Positions 46,212 to 55,150 of a stretch of 64,000 bases of DNA are shown piece by piece (within the stretch, counting starts at the first letter, position 1; each line of letters begins with the position of its first letter). Below the pieces are notes generated by a model, which was not told the DNA's origin, did no database searches, and saw only the letters and a program-made list of their open reading frames with translations. The translations under genes and the position numbers were made by a program. Source of the DNA: Gemmatimonadales bacterium (GTDB lineage Bacteria > Gemmatimonadota > Gemmatimonadetes > Gemmatimonadales > GWC2-71-9); contig DATNDQ010000015.1 in assembly GCA_035553475.1 (NCBI GenBank), positions 10,118 to 74,117 on the forward strand. The letters are read 5' to 3'.

Positions 46212-47285
46212 TCAGGGGGATTCGGATTCCAGCAAGCGCCGGACGTATGTGGCACGCACCGTCGGCAGCTCAGGATCGCCACCGGTCCGACCCTCGAGCG
46301 CCGCCAGGTGCGCAGGCTGCGTATAAATCAGGAGCTTGTTGAGCGTGTATACACTCAAGCCCGGTATCAGGTCGAGCCCGACACCCAGCCGTACCCCGCT
46401 CAGCAAATTCATCGCTTCCTCGAACGTCAGCCGCCGCGCGTGCCGGAGCAACCCATACGCCCGCCACGTCTTGTCGGCCACTTCATCCGGCGCGGTCCGG
46501 AGGAGCATCTGCCGGGCCTGGCCTTCGTACTCGATCACCTGCCGGACGATCTTGCCAAGGTGATCGAGCAATTCGCCTTCCGACTTCCCCAGCGTGGTCT
46601 GATTCGACAGCTGGAAGAAGTTGCCGACGACCTCACTGCCTTCCCCGTAAAGGCCCCGAAAGGTCAGTCCCACCTGGGCCAACCCCTGGAGCACCTTCCC
46701 GATTTCCTTGGTCAAAACAAGGCCCGGCAAGTGGATAAGCACACTGGCGCGGAGCCCGGTGCCGGCGTTGGTAGGGCAAGAGGTAAGATAGCCAAACTCG
46801 GGGTGAAACGCGAAGGGAAGCAGCCGCCCGAGGTCCGCATCTATCGATTCCAGTTGAGCATAAGCCTCATCCAGCGCGAACCCTGACCACATCCCCTGGA
46901 GCCGGAGGTGGTCCTCTTCATTGACCATGACGCCGACCGGCGATTGGGCGACCAGGGCGGCTCCCGGCCGGGGCCGGGTGTCCTGGTCGAGACCCGCCAA
47001 TTCCTTGCTCACCAGGTGCCGCTCGTGCAGGAGCTGCCGGTCCCCCCGCTCCAAAGCGTCGAGCCGGAACGAGACGTTCCGTTTCAGACGCTCGCTGGCC
47101 GCCGCCGCCTCGAGCACCCGGTCCAGGACCGCCAGCCGCTCGTCATCGGTGGAGCGCTGCGAGAACGTGTGCCCGGCCAGGTTTCGGGCCAGGCGGATGC
47201 GCGTGGAAAGGACGATCTGGCTCTTGGGGCCCGACGCGTCGAGCCAGCCCAGGCCGCCATCGGGCAGGAGGGAAAGGTCCATCAT
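46212..47285 (-). CDS. mcsB: Protein arginine kinase McsB (ATP:guanido phosphotransferase)
   Basis: ORF 46212..47285. Motifs are VMVNEEDHLRLQ and CPTNAGTGLRASV, characteristic of guanidino kinases/McsB. Confidence 0.85.
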   Translation of the reverse strand: MMDLSLLPDGGLGWLDASGPKSQIVLSTRIRLARNLAGHTFSQRSTDDERLAVLDRVLEAAAASERLKRNVSFRLDALERGDRQLLHERHLVSKELAGLDQDTRPRPGAALVAQSPVGVMVNEEDHLRLQGMWSGFALDEAYAQLESIDADLGRLLPFAFHPEFGYLTSCPTNAGTGLRASVLIHLPGLVLTKEIGKVLQGLAQVGLTFRGLYGEGSEVVGNFFQLSNQTTLGKSEGELLDHLGKIVRQVIEYEGQARQMLLRTAPDEVADKTWRAYGLLRHARRLTFEEAMNLLSGVRLGVGLDLIPGLSVYTLNKLLIYTQPAHLAALEGRTGGDPELPTVRATYVRRLLESESP

Positions 47286-47776
47286 TCGAGTACCCGGATC
47301 TGGTCGCGAAGCTCTGCGGCCAGCTCAAAGTTCTCGGCATCCACCGCCTGCCGGAGCTGGTGCCGGAGCTCCAGCAGCCGGCGCGCCGGATCGGCATCTT
47401 CGCCGCCCGGCTGCTGGTACCGTTCGCCCACGTGCTGACTGGAGCCATGAAGCCGGCGCAGGAGGTCCCGCAGGTGAACCTCGAACGCCGCGTAGCATTC
47501 GGCGCAGCCGAGCCTGCCCGTTTCCCGGAAGTCCTTGAGCGTTCCGCCGCAGTTGGGGCACGGTGTGCCGTCCACGGTTGCGGGCAGGAGCGATCCCGCG
47601 GTCTTCCCCATCGCCATGATGAAGCCGCCCAAGGGCGACTTCAACGCCGTCGCCCCCGTCTCCACCCCCTTTTCCGCGGCACATTGCTCGCAGAGATGGA
47701 GGGTGACCTTCGAGTCGTGCTCCACCTGGGTGAGGTTGATGACGGCGTCCCGCTCCTTGCAGTGATCGCAGAGCAT
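47282..47776 (-). CDS. mcsA: McsA-like zinc-finger/UVR-domain activator protein
   Basis: ORF 47282..47776. It has paired CxxC motifs (CDHC...CEQC, CPNCG...CAECY) and a C-terminal UVR motif (NFELAAELRDQIRVLE). Confidence 0.8.
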   Translation of the reverse strand: MLCDHCKERDAVINLTQVEHDSKVTLHLCEQCAAEKGVETGATALKSPLGGFIMAMGKTAGSLLPATVDGTPCPNCGGTLKDFRETGRLGCAECYAAFEVHLRDLLRRLHGSSQHVGERYQQPGGEDADPARRLLELRHQLRQAVDAENFELAAELRDQIRVLE

Positions 47777-48477
47777 CAGGGGATCGCCTCCACCGACGGC
47801 ACGGCACCCAGCCGGCCGTCCTCCAGCCAGAGGATGCGGTCGGCGCGCGCGGCGAGCTGCCGGTTGTGCGTCACGACGACGACGGCCGTCTCGAAGTCCC
47901 GCGCCAGGCGGAAGAACGTCTCGTGCAAGACCTCGGCGTTGGCATGGTCCAGGTTCCCGGACGGCTCATCCGCGAGGACGAGCGCGGGGTCATGGACCAG
48001 GGCCCGGGCCACCGCGCAGCGCTGCTGTTCCCCCCCCGACAGCTCGGCGGGGCGATGCGTCATCCGCCCCGCCAGCCCGACCGCCGAGAGCCGTTCTTCG
48101 GCCCGGGAACGCGCCTGTCGCTCGGAGGCGCCGGCGATGAGCATCGGCATCATCACGTTCTCCAGCGCGGAAAACTCCCGGAGCAGATGATGGAACTGGA
48201 AGACGAACCCGATGCGCCGGTTGCGAAGGTCGGCCAGGGCGTTGGCGTCGAGGTCAGCGAAGCGGGACCCCTCGAGCCAGATGTCACCGGAGGTCGGCCG
48301 GTCGAGGGCGCCCATGAGGTGGAGGAGCGTGCTCTTCCCCGCACCGGACGTGCCGACGATCGCGATCAGCTCGCCGCGGCGCACTTCGATATCGACACCG
48401 CGCAGGACCTCGAGCGGCTGTCCATCGCCGCCGGCAAAGACCTTGCGGAGTCCGCGCGACTCGAGGAGGCCGTTCAT
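47776..48477 (-). CDS. lolD: Lipoprotein-releasing system ATP-binding protein LolD
   Basis: 3' part of ORF 47776..48936, starting at ATG 48477 ([14 protein letters not shown]). It carries Walker A GTSGAGKST, the signature LSGGEQQR and Walker B LVLADEP, and is adjacent to the LolC/E-type permease. Confidence 0.85.
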   Translation of the reverse strand: MNGLLESRGLRKVFAGGDGQPLEVLRGVDIEVRRGELIAIVGTSGAGKSTLLHLMGALDRPTSGDIWLEGSRFADLDANALADLRNRRIGFVFQFHHLLREFSALENVMMPMLIAGASERQARSRAEERLSAVGLAGRMTHRPAELSGGEQQRCAVARALVHDPALVLADEPSGNLDHANAEVLHETFFRLARDFETAVVVVTHNRQLAARADRILWLEDGRLGAVPSVEAIP

Positions 48478-49730
48478 TCGTACCGGATCGCGGTGACGGG
48501 TTCGAGGTCGCCGGCGCGGAAGGCCGGGAAGAGCGGCGCGAGCGTCGCGACGAGGAGACTGGCGGCGATGACGGCCAGAATGTCGAGCGTCTGGAAATGG
48601 ACCGGCAGGTGGTCCACGAAGTAGATCGATGGATCGATGGGGATCCAGCGTCCCTGATTGACCATCACGCCGACGATGATGCCCGTCACGGCTCCCAGCA
48701 CGGTGCCGGTCAGCCCGATGAGGACGCCCTGCGCCAGAAAGACCCGCCGGATGCTGGCGCGCCTCAGCCCCATCGCCAGGAGGATTCCGATCTCTCGCGT
48801 CTTGTCTCGTACCACCATCGTCAGCATCCCGACCACGTTGAAGGCAGCGACCACACAGATCAGGAACACCACCAGCCCCATCGTGAGTTTCTCGAGCTGT
48901 AAGGCGGAGAACAGGGCCCCGTTCTGGGTCTGCCAATCCATGCTCCGGTACGGGTAGCCCAGATGGGTTTCGAGCGCTGCCCCGAAGGTTCGGGCGTGCG
49001 CGGGATCGGCGAGCTGGACCTCAATGCCGGTCACCGCGGTGTCGAGTCCGGCCAGGCGCTGCGCGGCGGAGCGGCTCAGGACGACGTAACTGTCGTCGTA
49101 GATGTACATCCCGGTGTCGAAGATTCCGGTGACCTCGTACCGGTGATACTGCGGCACGAAGGTACCGGCGGAGGCATTGAAGCTCGATCGCCCGGTGAAC
49201 GACACCAGGGTCACCACGCTGCCGATGTACGCGGAAATCTTCCCGGCCAGGCGTGTTCCCAGGGCCACCCCTCCCTCGACGTCGGGGCGTGTGGTTCGGA
49301 AGCTCAGGTCACCCTTGATGAAGTGCTGAGCGAACGTCGTGACGGCCCGCCGGCCCGTATCAGGCTCGATGCCGTACACCACTACGCCTTCGGCGTAGTC
49401 GTGGCCGGTGGTGACGCCCGCCTGCGTCATGACGAAGGGCGCCGCGGCCGTCACACCCCTGGTGGCGCGCACCGAGTCGAGCACGCGGTGCCAGTCGTCC
49501 AGACGGAGCCCCTCGCCGTAGGTGAGCACCCGCAGATGCGGACTGCCGACCAGGATCTTGTCGCGCAGGTCGGACTGGAGACCGTTCATCACGCCCAGTA
49601 CCAGCATGAGCGCCGCGACGCCGACGAAGACACCCCCGACGGCGATCACCGTGATGAACGACAGGAGCCCCGACGAGCGGCGGCTGGTCAGGTACCGCAG
49701 GGCGATGCGGAGCTCCAGAGTACCGATCAT
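48474..49730 (-). CDS. Lipoprotein-releasing system permease (LolC/LolE family, FtsX-like)
   Basis: ORF 48474..49730. The N-terminus reads [50 protein letters not shown] periplasmic domain and the C-terminal FtsX-type 3-TM bundle follow. Confidence 0.85.
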   Translation of the reverse strand: MIGTLELRIALRYLTSRRSSGLLSFITVIAVGGVFVGVAALMLVLGVMNGLQSDLRDKILVGSPHLRVLTYGEGLRLDDWHRVLDSVRATRGVTAAAPFVMTQAGVTTGHDYAEGVVVYGIEPDTGRRAVTTFAQHFIKGDLSFRTTRPDVEGGVALGTRLAGKISAYIGSVVTLVSFTGRSSFNASAGTFVPQYHRYEVTGIFDTGMYIYDDSYVVLSRSAAQRLAGLDTAVTGIEVQLADPAHARTFGAALETHLGYPYRSMDWQTQNGALFSALQLEKLTMGLVVFLICVVAAFNVVGMLTMVVRDKTREIGILLAMGLRRASIRRVFLAQGVLIGLTGTVLGAVTGIIVGVMVNQGRWIPIDPSIYFVDHLPVHFQTLDILAVIAASLLVATLAPLFPAFRAGDLEPVTAIRYE

Positions 49731-51196
49731 TCCGGCCTGAGCATCGGAAAGAGGATCACGTCCCGGATGTTGGTCCGGTCGGTCAGGAGCATGACCAGCC
49801 GGTCAATCCCAAGGCCGACGCCGCCGGTGGGGGGCATGCCGTATTCGAGGGCGCGGAGGTAGTCCTCGTCGATCTGATGCGCTTCGCTGTCTCCCCGCTC
49901 CCGGAAGCGGACCTGTTCCTCGAACCGGCGCCGCTGCTCGTCGGGATCGTTGAGCTCCGAGAAGGCGTTCGCGATCTCGCGGCCCTGAATGAACAGCTCC
50001 CAGCGCTCGACGCGATCCTCATGACCACGCTTGCGCTTCGCGAGCGGCGACAGGGCGACGGGGTGGTTCATGACGAAGGTCGGTTGGACCAGGGTCGGCT
50101 CGGCGAACGTCTTGAAGACCTCGTCCATGAGCTTGGCGCCCGAGTACTGATCAGCGTCGGCGACGCCTTTGCGCTTCAGCGCGCCGCGGAGGGTGGCCTC
50201 GTCCGCCGTATCCAGGTCGACCCCGGCCGCTTCCTTGACCAGATCGTAGAAGTCCCGCCGGGCGAACGGGCGTTTGAAGGACAGCGCCACCCCGCCCCGC
50301 TCGAGCGTTTCGCCGCCGGTGACCTCGACGGCCGCGCCGGCGACCATGGCTTCGGTCAGGTTCAGCATGTCCTCGTAGTCGGCATATGCCTCATACCACT
50401 CGGCCATGGTGAACTCCGGGTTGTGCCATCGGTCCACTCCTTCGTTCCGGAAATCGTGGCCGATTTCATACACCTTCTCGAGGCCGCCGACGATGCAGCG
50501 CTTCAAGTAGAGCTCGTCGGCGATGCGCAGGTAGAACGTCGCGTCCAGGGCCTCGTAAAACGTGGTGAAGGGCGTGGCGGCCGCGCCGCCGTAGAGTGGC
50601 TGCAATACCGGCGTTTCCACCTCGAGATAGCCACGGCCATCCAGGAACCGGCGGACGTAGCTCACCACCCGCGCGCGCGCCCGGAACACCGCCCGCGCCT
50701 CGGGGTGCGCCGCGAGATCCGCGTACCGCTGTCGGGCGCGGAGTTCGGGATCCGTGAGCTCGCCGTGCCGGACGCCCTGCGCGTCCTCTTTGCCCAACGG
50801 GAGCGGCCGGAGCGATTTGGCGAGGAGCGTCAACTCCTCGACGCGGAGCGTGACCTCGCCGGTCTTGGTCGTGAAGAGCGGGCCGGCCACGCCGACGACG
50901 TCGCCCAGGTCGAGCAGCTTGATGAGGTCGTACCGCTCACCCAGGAGGTCCGACTTGAAGTAGAGCTGGATCTTGCCGGACGCGTCCTCGAGATGCGCGA
51001 ACGTCGTCTTGCCCATGCCACGCATGAGCACGATCCGGCCGGCGAGCCGGTGCACCGTCTCGTCCCCATCCTTGAAGCCTTGCAGCGCCGGCTGGGCCAG
51101 TCCCGTCCGTTCGAATCGGTAGGCGAACGCCGGCACGCCCTTCTTCGCGAGCTCTTCGAGCTTCTCGCGACGCGCGGCCTCGACCGAGGTCGTCAT
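49727..51196 (-). CDS. lysS: Lysine--tRNA ligase (class II)
   Basis: ORF 49727..51196. An OB-fold anticodon-binding N-domain is followed by class II motifs ([19 protein letters not shown]). Confidence 0.95.
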   Translation of the reverse strand: MTTSVEAARREKLEELAKKGVPAFAYRFERTGLAQPALQGFKDGDETVHRLAGRIVLMRGMGKTTFAHLEDASGKIQLYFKSDLLGERYDLIKLLDLGDVVGVAGPLFTTKTGEVTLRVEELTLLAKSLRPLPLGKEDAQGVRHGELTDPELRARQRYADLAAHPEARAVFRARARVVSYVRRFLDGRGYLEVETPVLQPLYGGAAATPFTTFYEALDATFYLRIADELYLKRCIVGGLEKVYEIGHDFRNEGVDRWHNPEFTMAEWYEAYADYEDMLNLTEAMVAGAAVEVTGGETLERGGVALSFKRPFARRDFYDLVKEAAGVDLDTADEATLRGALKRKGVADADQYSGAKLMDEVFKTFAEPTLVQPTFVMNHPVALSPLAKRKRGHEDRVERWELFIQGREIANAFSELNDPDEQRRRFEEQVRFRERGDSEAHQIDEDYLRALEYGMPPTGGVGLGIDRLVMLLTDRTNIRDVILFPMLRPE

Positions 51197-52300
51197 GCGG
51201 CCTTCCCCGCCTGTTTTTTCAGGAACGCCTCGATGAACTGATCCAAGTCTCCGTCCATGACCTTCTGCACGTCGCCGACCTTCAGCTCGGTGCGGTGATC
51301 ATTCACCATGGTATAGGGCTGGAAGACATAGGAGCGAATCTGGCTGCCGAAGGCGATGTCCCCCTTCTGCTTGTCCACTTCCGCCTTCTTGGCTTCCTGC
51401 TCCTCCAGCGCTTTCTCATAGAGGCGGGACTTCAGCATCTTGAGCGCGGTCGCTTTGTTCTTGAACTGGCTGCGCTCGTTCTGGCACGCCACGACGATCC
51501 CCGACGGAAGGTGGGTGATCCGCACCGCGGAACTGGTCTTGTTGACGTGCTGGCCCCCCTTCCCCGACGCACGAAACACGTCGATGCGAAGGTCGTCTTC
51601 CTTGATCTCGATTTCGATGTCGTCATCCACGACGGGATAGACGAAGACCGAAGCAAAGGAAGTGTGCCGGCGCGCCTGGGCATCGAATGGCGAGATCCGC
51701 ACCAGCCGATGCACGCCCTTCTCGGCCCGCAGGAGGCCGAAGGCGTACTGCCCGCGGATCTCGATTTCCGCGGACTTGATCCCGGCTTCCTCTCCCTCGA
51801 GCAGGTCCAGGACCTCGACATCGAACCCGCGCCGCTCGGCCCAGCGCGTGTACATGCGCATGAGCATCTCGGCCCAGTCCTGGGACTCGGTGCCGCCGGC
51901 GCCGGGATGGATGGTGAGCAGGGCGTCCCGGGGATCGTCGGCGCCCCGAAGCATGTGCTGGAGCTCGATCGCGTCCAGGGCCCGGGCGGCGGCGTCGGCT
52001 TCCGCCTCGAGGGAGCGCTGCATCTCCAGGTCGACGTTCGACTCGGCTTCGAGCAGCTGTGACAACTCAAAACCGTCATCCACGCGTTTCTTCAGGGCGT
52101 GGAAGGGCTCGAGCTGCCGCTTCAGCGTCTTGACCTCTTCTACGACCTTCTTGGCGCGCTCCTGGTCGGACCAGATGGCGCCTTCGGCCATCGCATGCTC
52201 CAGCTCGGCCAGACGCTTCGTCTTGCCGTCGACGTCAAAGAAAGCTCCGGAGCTCCGCCAGACGCTCCTGGAATTCAGCAAATCGGTTCGCCAAGGGCAC
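51193..52300 (-). CDS. prfB: Peptide chain release factor 2, requiring a programmed +1 frameshift (ORF0 about 52300..52238, then 52236..51193)
   Basis: The main frame carries SPF ([16 protein letters not shown]) and GGQ ([19 protein letters not shown]). The upstream N-terminal part lies in another frame: GTG 52300, (V)[20 protein letters not shown], then TGA. The slippery context CTT TGA C is at 52240..52234 with a GGAG 4 nt upstream. The [17 protein letters not shown] segment printed in the ORF track is out-of-frame. Confidence 0.85.
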
Positions 52301-52328
52301 GGGTGTCTCACTCGAGCTGAATAGACGT

Positions 52329-52357
52329 GAGCCGCTCCCCGGGCTGGGGAACGGCTC
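52329..52357 (-). terminator. Candidate terminator hairpin between the zinc-ribbon gene and prfB
   Basis: A 12-bp stem with one mismatch (GAGCCGCTCCCC / GGGGAACGGCTC) encloses the loop GGGCT. It lies 46 nt downstream of the 52403 stop on the - strand, and the U-tract is weak. Confidence 0.4.
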
Positions 52358-52402
52358 TAACTGACAGGAATATGAGGAGTTAGACCGCGAAATTCCAGCG
52401 GT

Positions 52403-53314
52403 TTAGAAGACCTTCTGGCCGCCGGCGAGCAGCTCGTTCAGGGCGTCGGTCCAGAACGGCGTCGAAGACGCCATTTCCTGTCCCACCTGCTCCACGTACT
52501 CGAGCCAGCTCTTCTCGATCTCGTCCTTGAAGAGTTGGGGCAACGTGCCGTCGCGCGTTCCCTGCATGCGCTTGTCAGGATGGTACACGAGCATGTCCGA
52601 GATCAACGCGCGCGCCAGACGACGTGCCTTCTGTTTCGGATCCTGCACCATGAACGGATTTACCGGACGCAGCGGCCCGGTCTTCCGGAGTTCAGCGCCC
52701 GCTGCTGGTGCGGCGGGTGCGACCGGTGGTGCCGTCGCGGCCGGCATGGCGGGAGCGGGTGGTACCGGCGGAGGTGCCGGCGCTGCCGGTACGGCGGGAG
52801 GCGGCGCAGGGGGACGCATCGCCGGTGCTGCCGGCATCGCGGGAGCCGCGGGCATGCGTGGCGCTGCGGCCGGAGGCGCGACAATCGGTGACCGGGCCGG
52901 AGGCGCCATCATCGGCGGTGCAACCGGCGGGCGAACGGGTGCACCGGGCGGAGCGACCGTGGGGCGCGGTGGCATCGCGAACGCAGGCGGCTGCGCCACC
53001 GGAGGTGCGGGCACGACCGGCGGCGCCGGCGTGAAAACGGGAGCGGCCGGTGGCGGCGGCGGTGGTGCCGGGGCGGCCATCGGAGCGGGTGCCGGAGGCG
53101 CTGGCGGAGCCGGAGGCGCGGGTGGGGGCGGAGGTGCCGCGGCCGCGACGGGAGCCGGCGCGGGGGCCGGGGCCGCCACCATCGGCTGGGCTCCGTTGGC
53201 CGAAACCGGGAACACGTTGGAGCAGACCGAGCACCGCGCGCGAACGCCCCCGGCCGGGACTTTGGCGGGATCTACCCGGTAAATGGTTTCGCACGACGGA
53301 CAGGTGACGTTCAC
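52403..53314 (-). CDS. MJ0042-type zinc-ribbon protein with long Pro/Ala-rich linker and conserved C-terminal helical domain
   Basis: ORF 52403..53314. The N-terminus MNVTCPSCETIYRVDPAKVPAGGVRARCSVCSNVF has two CxxC pairs. About 160 residues of P/A low complexity follow, then a 98-aa ordered tail (ARALISDMLVYHPDKR...SWLEYVEQVG). Confidence 0.7.
   Translation of the reverse strand: MNVTCPSCETIYRVDPAKVPAGGVRARCSVCSNVFPVSANGAQPMVAAPAPAPAPVAAAAPPPPPAPPAPPAPPAPAPMAAPAPPPPPPAAPVFTPAPPVVPAPPVAQPPAFAMPPRPTVAPPGAPVRPPVAPPMMAPPARSPIVAPPAAAPRMPAAPAMPAAPAMRPPAPPPAVPAAPAPPPVPPAPAMPAATAPPVAPAAPAAGAELRKTGPLRPVNPFMVQDPKQKARRLARALISDMLVYHPDKRMQGTRDGTLPQLFKDEIEKSWLEYVEQVGQEMASSTPFWTDALNELLAGGQKVF
52700..53179 (-). 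repeat. Low-complexity Pro/Ala-coding tract (GC-rich triplet-periodic DNA)
   Basis: It encodes PAPAPAPV..PPPPPAPPAPPAPPAPAP..PAAPAMPAAPAM.. and similar runs. The complementary frames yield Gly/Ala- or Arg-rich artefact ORFs (52527..53282 +, 52692..53294 -). Confidence 0.8.
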
Positions 53315-53335
53315 TGGGCTCTCGGGCTCGCTTCC

Positions 53336-54298
53336 CTATTCAGGCGTTTCACCGGACTCGTGATCGCGGCGGCGGTCCACCACGAACACCGATCCGGCCT
53401 GCGTCTTGGCGTAGCTCTTCATCTCCGTCGCCAGCTCCGAAACCTGCGCGGGATGGGCGAACCGACGATGCTGATTGGTCACGATCCCGATGGACAGCGT
53501 CATCAGCGGCACCCGGTGCAGCTGCCCCCGGCGGTCTTTTCCGAAATAGTACCCGGCGCGGCGGTCCTGCTCGTTGTACTGATACGGGATGAGGGTGTCG
53601 AACACCGTGAGGATCTCGCCGCACACCTCGGTAATCGCGTCGACGGGGATCATGAAGATGAAGTCGTCGCCGCCGATGTGCCCGATGAACCCTCGCGGGC
53701 CCGTCATGCCCTTCACGACGTCATGCAAGATCCGCGAAAGCAGGTAGATGACGCGGTCGCCGTCGTAATAGCTGTACCGGTCGTTGTATTCCTTGAAGTG
53801 GTCCAGGTCCGCGTAACAGACCGCAAACCACTCCCCCGCCTCCATACGCCGGCGGATCTCCCGTTCGATCTCCGTCGTGCCCGGCAAGCGCGTCGACGGA
53901 TTCACGGCCACATCGCGCGCGGTGCGATTCAGGAGCCCGTCGAGGCGGACCGCCTGCTCCGCGGGCTCCAGCAACGGCGTGAGGACCTCGTCGGCTCCGT
54001 TCGCGAACCACTCGCGCACCTTCTCCGTCACGTGCCGGCCCGCGACCGCCGCCAGCGGGACGATGGCGGTGTACGGATCCCCCTTGAGTCTGGAACACAG
54101 CTCGAGGGAGGCGGCACCGTCCGAGTCCGCGTCCACCAGCACGAGGAGGGGCAGCGCCCGCAGGACCATCTGCTGGATCACCGCAGGGTCCGAGACCTGC
54201 ACCAGACCCGTCTGTTTCCCGGTGATCCACGGGAGAAGGGTATCGGGGACGGGGCGGCCAGTCGGGGAAAAGAAGAGAATCGTCTGGCGCGTCCGCAC
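53336..54298 (-). CDS. Receiver-like domain fused to a GGDEF-family nucleotide cyclase domain with a GGDDF motif
   Basis: ORF 53336..54298. The C-terminal domain reads YADLDHFKEYNDRYSYYDGDRVI...GHIGGDDFIFMIP...LSIGIV...YAKTQAGSVFVVD. The N-terminal REC-like fold lacks the usual DD pair (ILFFSPTG) and the Lys of the (T/S)..KP motif (EVLTPL). Confidence 0.7.
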   Translation of the reverse strand: MRTRQTILFFSPTGRPVPDTLLPWITGKQTGLVQVSDPAVIQQMVLRALPLLVLVDADSDGAASLELCSRLKGDPYTAIVPLAAVAGRHVTEKVREWFANGADEVLTPLLEPAEQAVRLDGLLNRTARDVAVNPSTRLPGTTEIEREIRRRMEAGEWFAVCYADLDHFKEYNDRYSYYDGDRVIYLLSRILHDVVKGMTGPRGFIGHIGGDDFIFMIPVDAITEVCGEILTVFDTLIPYQYNEQDRRAGYYFGKDRRGQLHRVPLMTLSIGIVTNQHRRFAHPAQVSELATEMKSYAKTQAGSVFVVDRRRDHESGETPE

Positions 54299-54370
54299 CG
54301 GGCTCCTCGCGTAAAAGTCGAGCGCGTCGAAACTTAGGCCCGCTCAGGGGCGGTGTCAAACCAAGCCCGT

Positions 54371-55150
54371 CTAGAACGCCACGCGAACGGAAAGGAGAGA
54401 GAAATCAGGTGATATGACGGTGTGCAGGCTCGTGGTCCGGTGGGTAGCGGTGGTCAGCCGGTTGGAAATGAGTGCGTCGAGGGCGCTCACGACGTGATTC
54501 GCCAGGAGGAGTCCGAGGGCTCCCTGGGCGTTCCGGTACCCGTTGTCCGAGGTCCGGATCAGGTCCCGGAAGGCCTGCTGCTGGAGAGATGCGCTCTGCC
54601 ACGTCCATTGGTACGCCGGTCCGACGGCGTGTTGCACGTAGAACGACAGCGCAGCCTGGTACTGGGGAGTGTTGGGAGGCGGCGGGATGTTGGGATCGGC
54701 CCAGTAGGTGCGGCGAGCGAGGAGCCAGACGGATCCGTTGTACGTCGTGGGATCGGTCTCGGGATTCAGGCCGGGGCCGGCGCCCGTGTTGAACCGGCCC
54801 GACGCCGTGAATTTCTCCATGGTTTCGTAGTATTCGAAGATCGTATCGCGCCGCACGGCGGCGAAGCCTCGCTGGGCTACCGCGAACGCGAGCTGGTGAT
54901 AGAGGTCGGCATTCACGTTCGCGTCGTGCTGCAGCTGGATGTAGCGCGACAGGACGTAAATCTCGACCGCGCCATACACCGCGGCGCGGTCTTGTCCTGA
55001 AAGTGCCTGCCCCGTCCCCGGCAGCAGAAGGGACGCGAGCGGTCGCACCCACGATTGCTCCCGGAGGGCGACCGAATCGATCTGCGCCCGCAGAGGCGAC
55101 GCCAGGGCCGATCCGATGAACAGAATCAGCGTGAGCGACCGCCGGTGCAT
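54371..55150 (-). CDS. Secreted hypothetical protein (259 aa)
   Basis: 3' part of ORF 54371..56155, starting at ATG 55150, which shares 1 nt with the upstream stop. It has the signal peptide [23 protein letters not shown] and an LLLPGTGQALSG motif. No family was recognised. Confidence 0.55.
   Translation of the reverse strand: MHRRSLTLILFIGSALASPLRAQIDSVALREQSWVRPLASLLLPGTGQALSGQDRAAVYGAVEIYVLSRYIQLQHDANVNADLYHQLAFAVAQRGFAAVRRDTIFEYYETMEKFTASGRFNTGAGPGLNPETDPTTYNGSVWLLARRTYWADPNIPPPPNTPQYQAALSFYVQHAVGPAYQWTWQSASLQQQAFRDLIRTSDNGYRNAQGALGLLLANHVVSALDALISNRLTTATHRTTSLHTVISPDFSLLSVRVAF

Noticed and set aside
43883-46342. 819-aa ORF on the + strand antisense to clpC. Similar long antisense ORFs are 41340..43289, 32618..33952, 17689..18978, 16535..17665, 22971..24221, 49877..51241, 38597..39706, 39390..40745, 59510..60718, 60907..62346 and 36826..37875.
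   Set aside because: This is the typical high-GC artefact, because stop codons are rare on the antisense strand of GC3-rich genes. The products are Arg/Gly/Asp/His-rich with no recognisable motifs, and each is fully covered by a confidently identified gene on the opposite strand.
52527-53282. Gly/Ala-rich 251-aa + strand ORF and Arg-rich frames across 52535..53307, which could look like a repeat protein or an array.
   Set aside because: They are the complementary or shifted frames of the Pro/Ala-coding tract of the zinc-ribbon gene. The - strand frame alone has a proper zinc-ribbon N-terminus and an ordered C-terminus. There is no spacer/repeat periodicity of CRISPR type.
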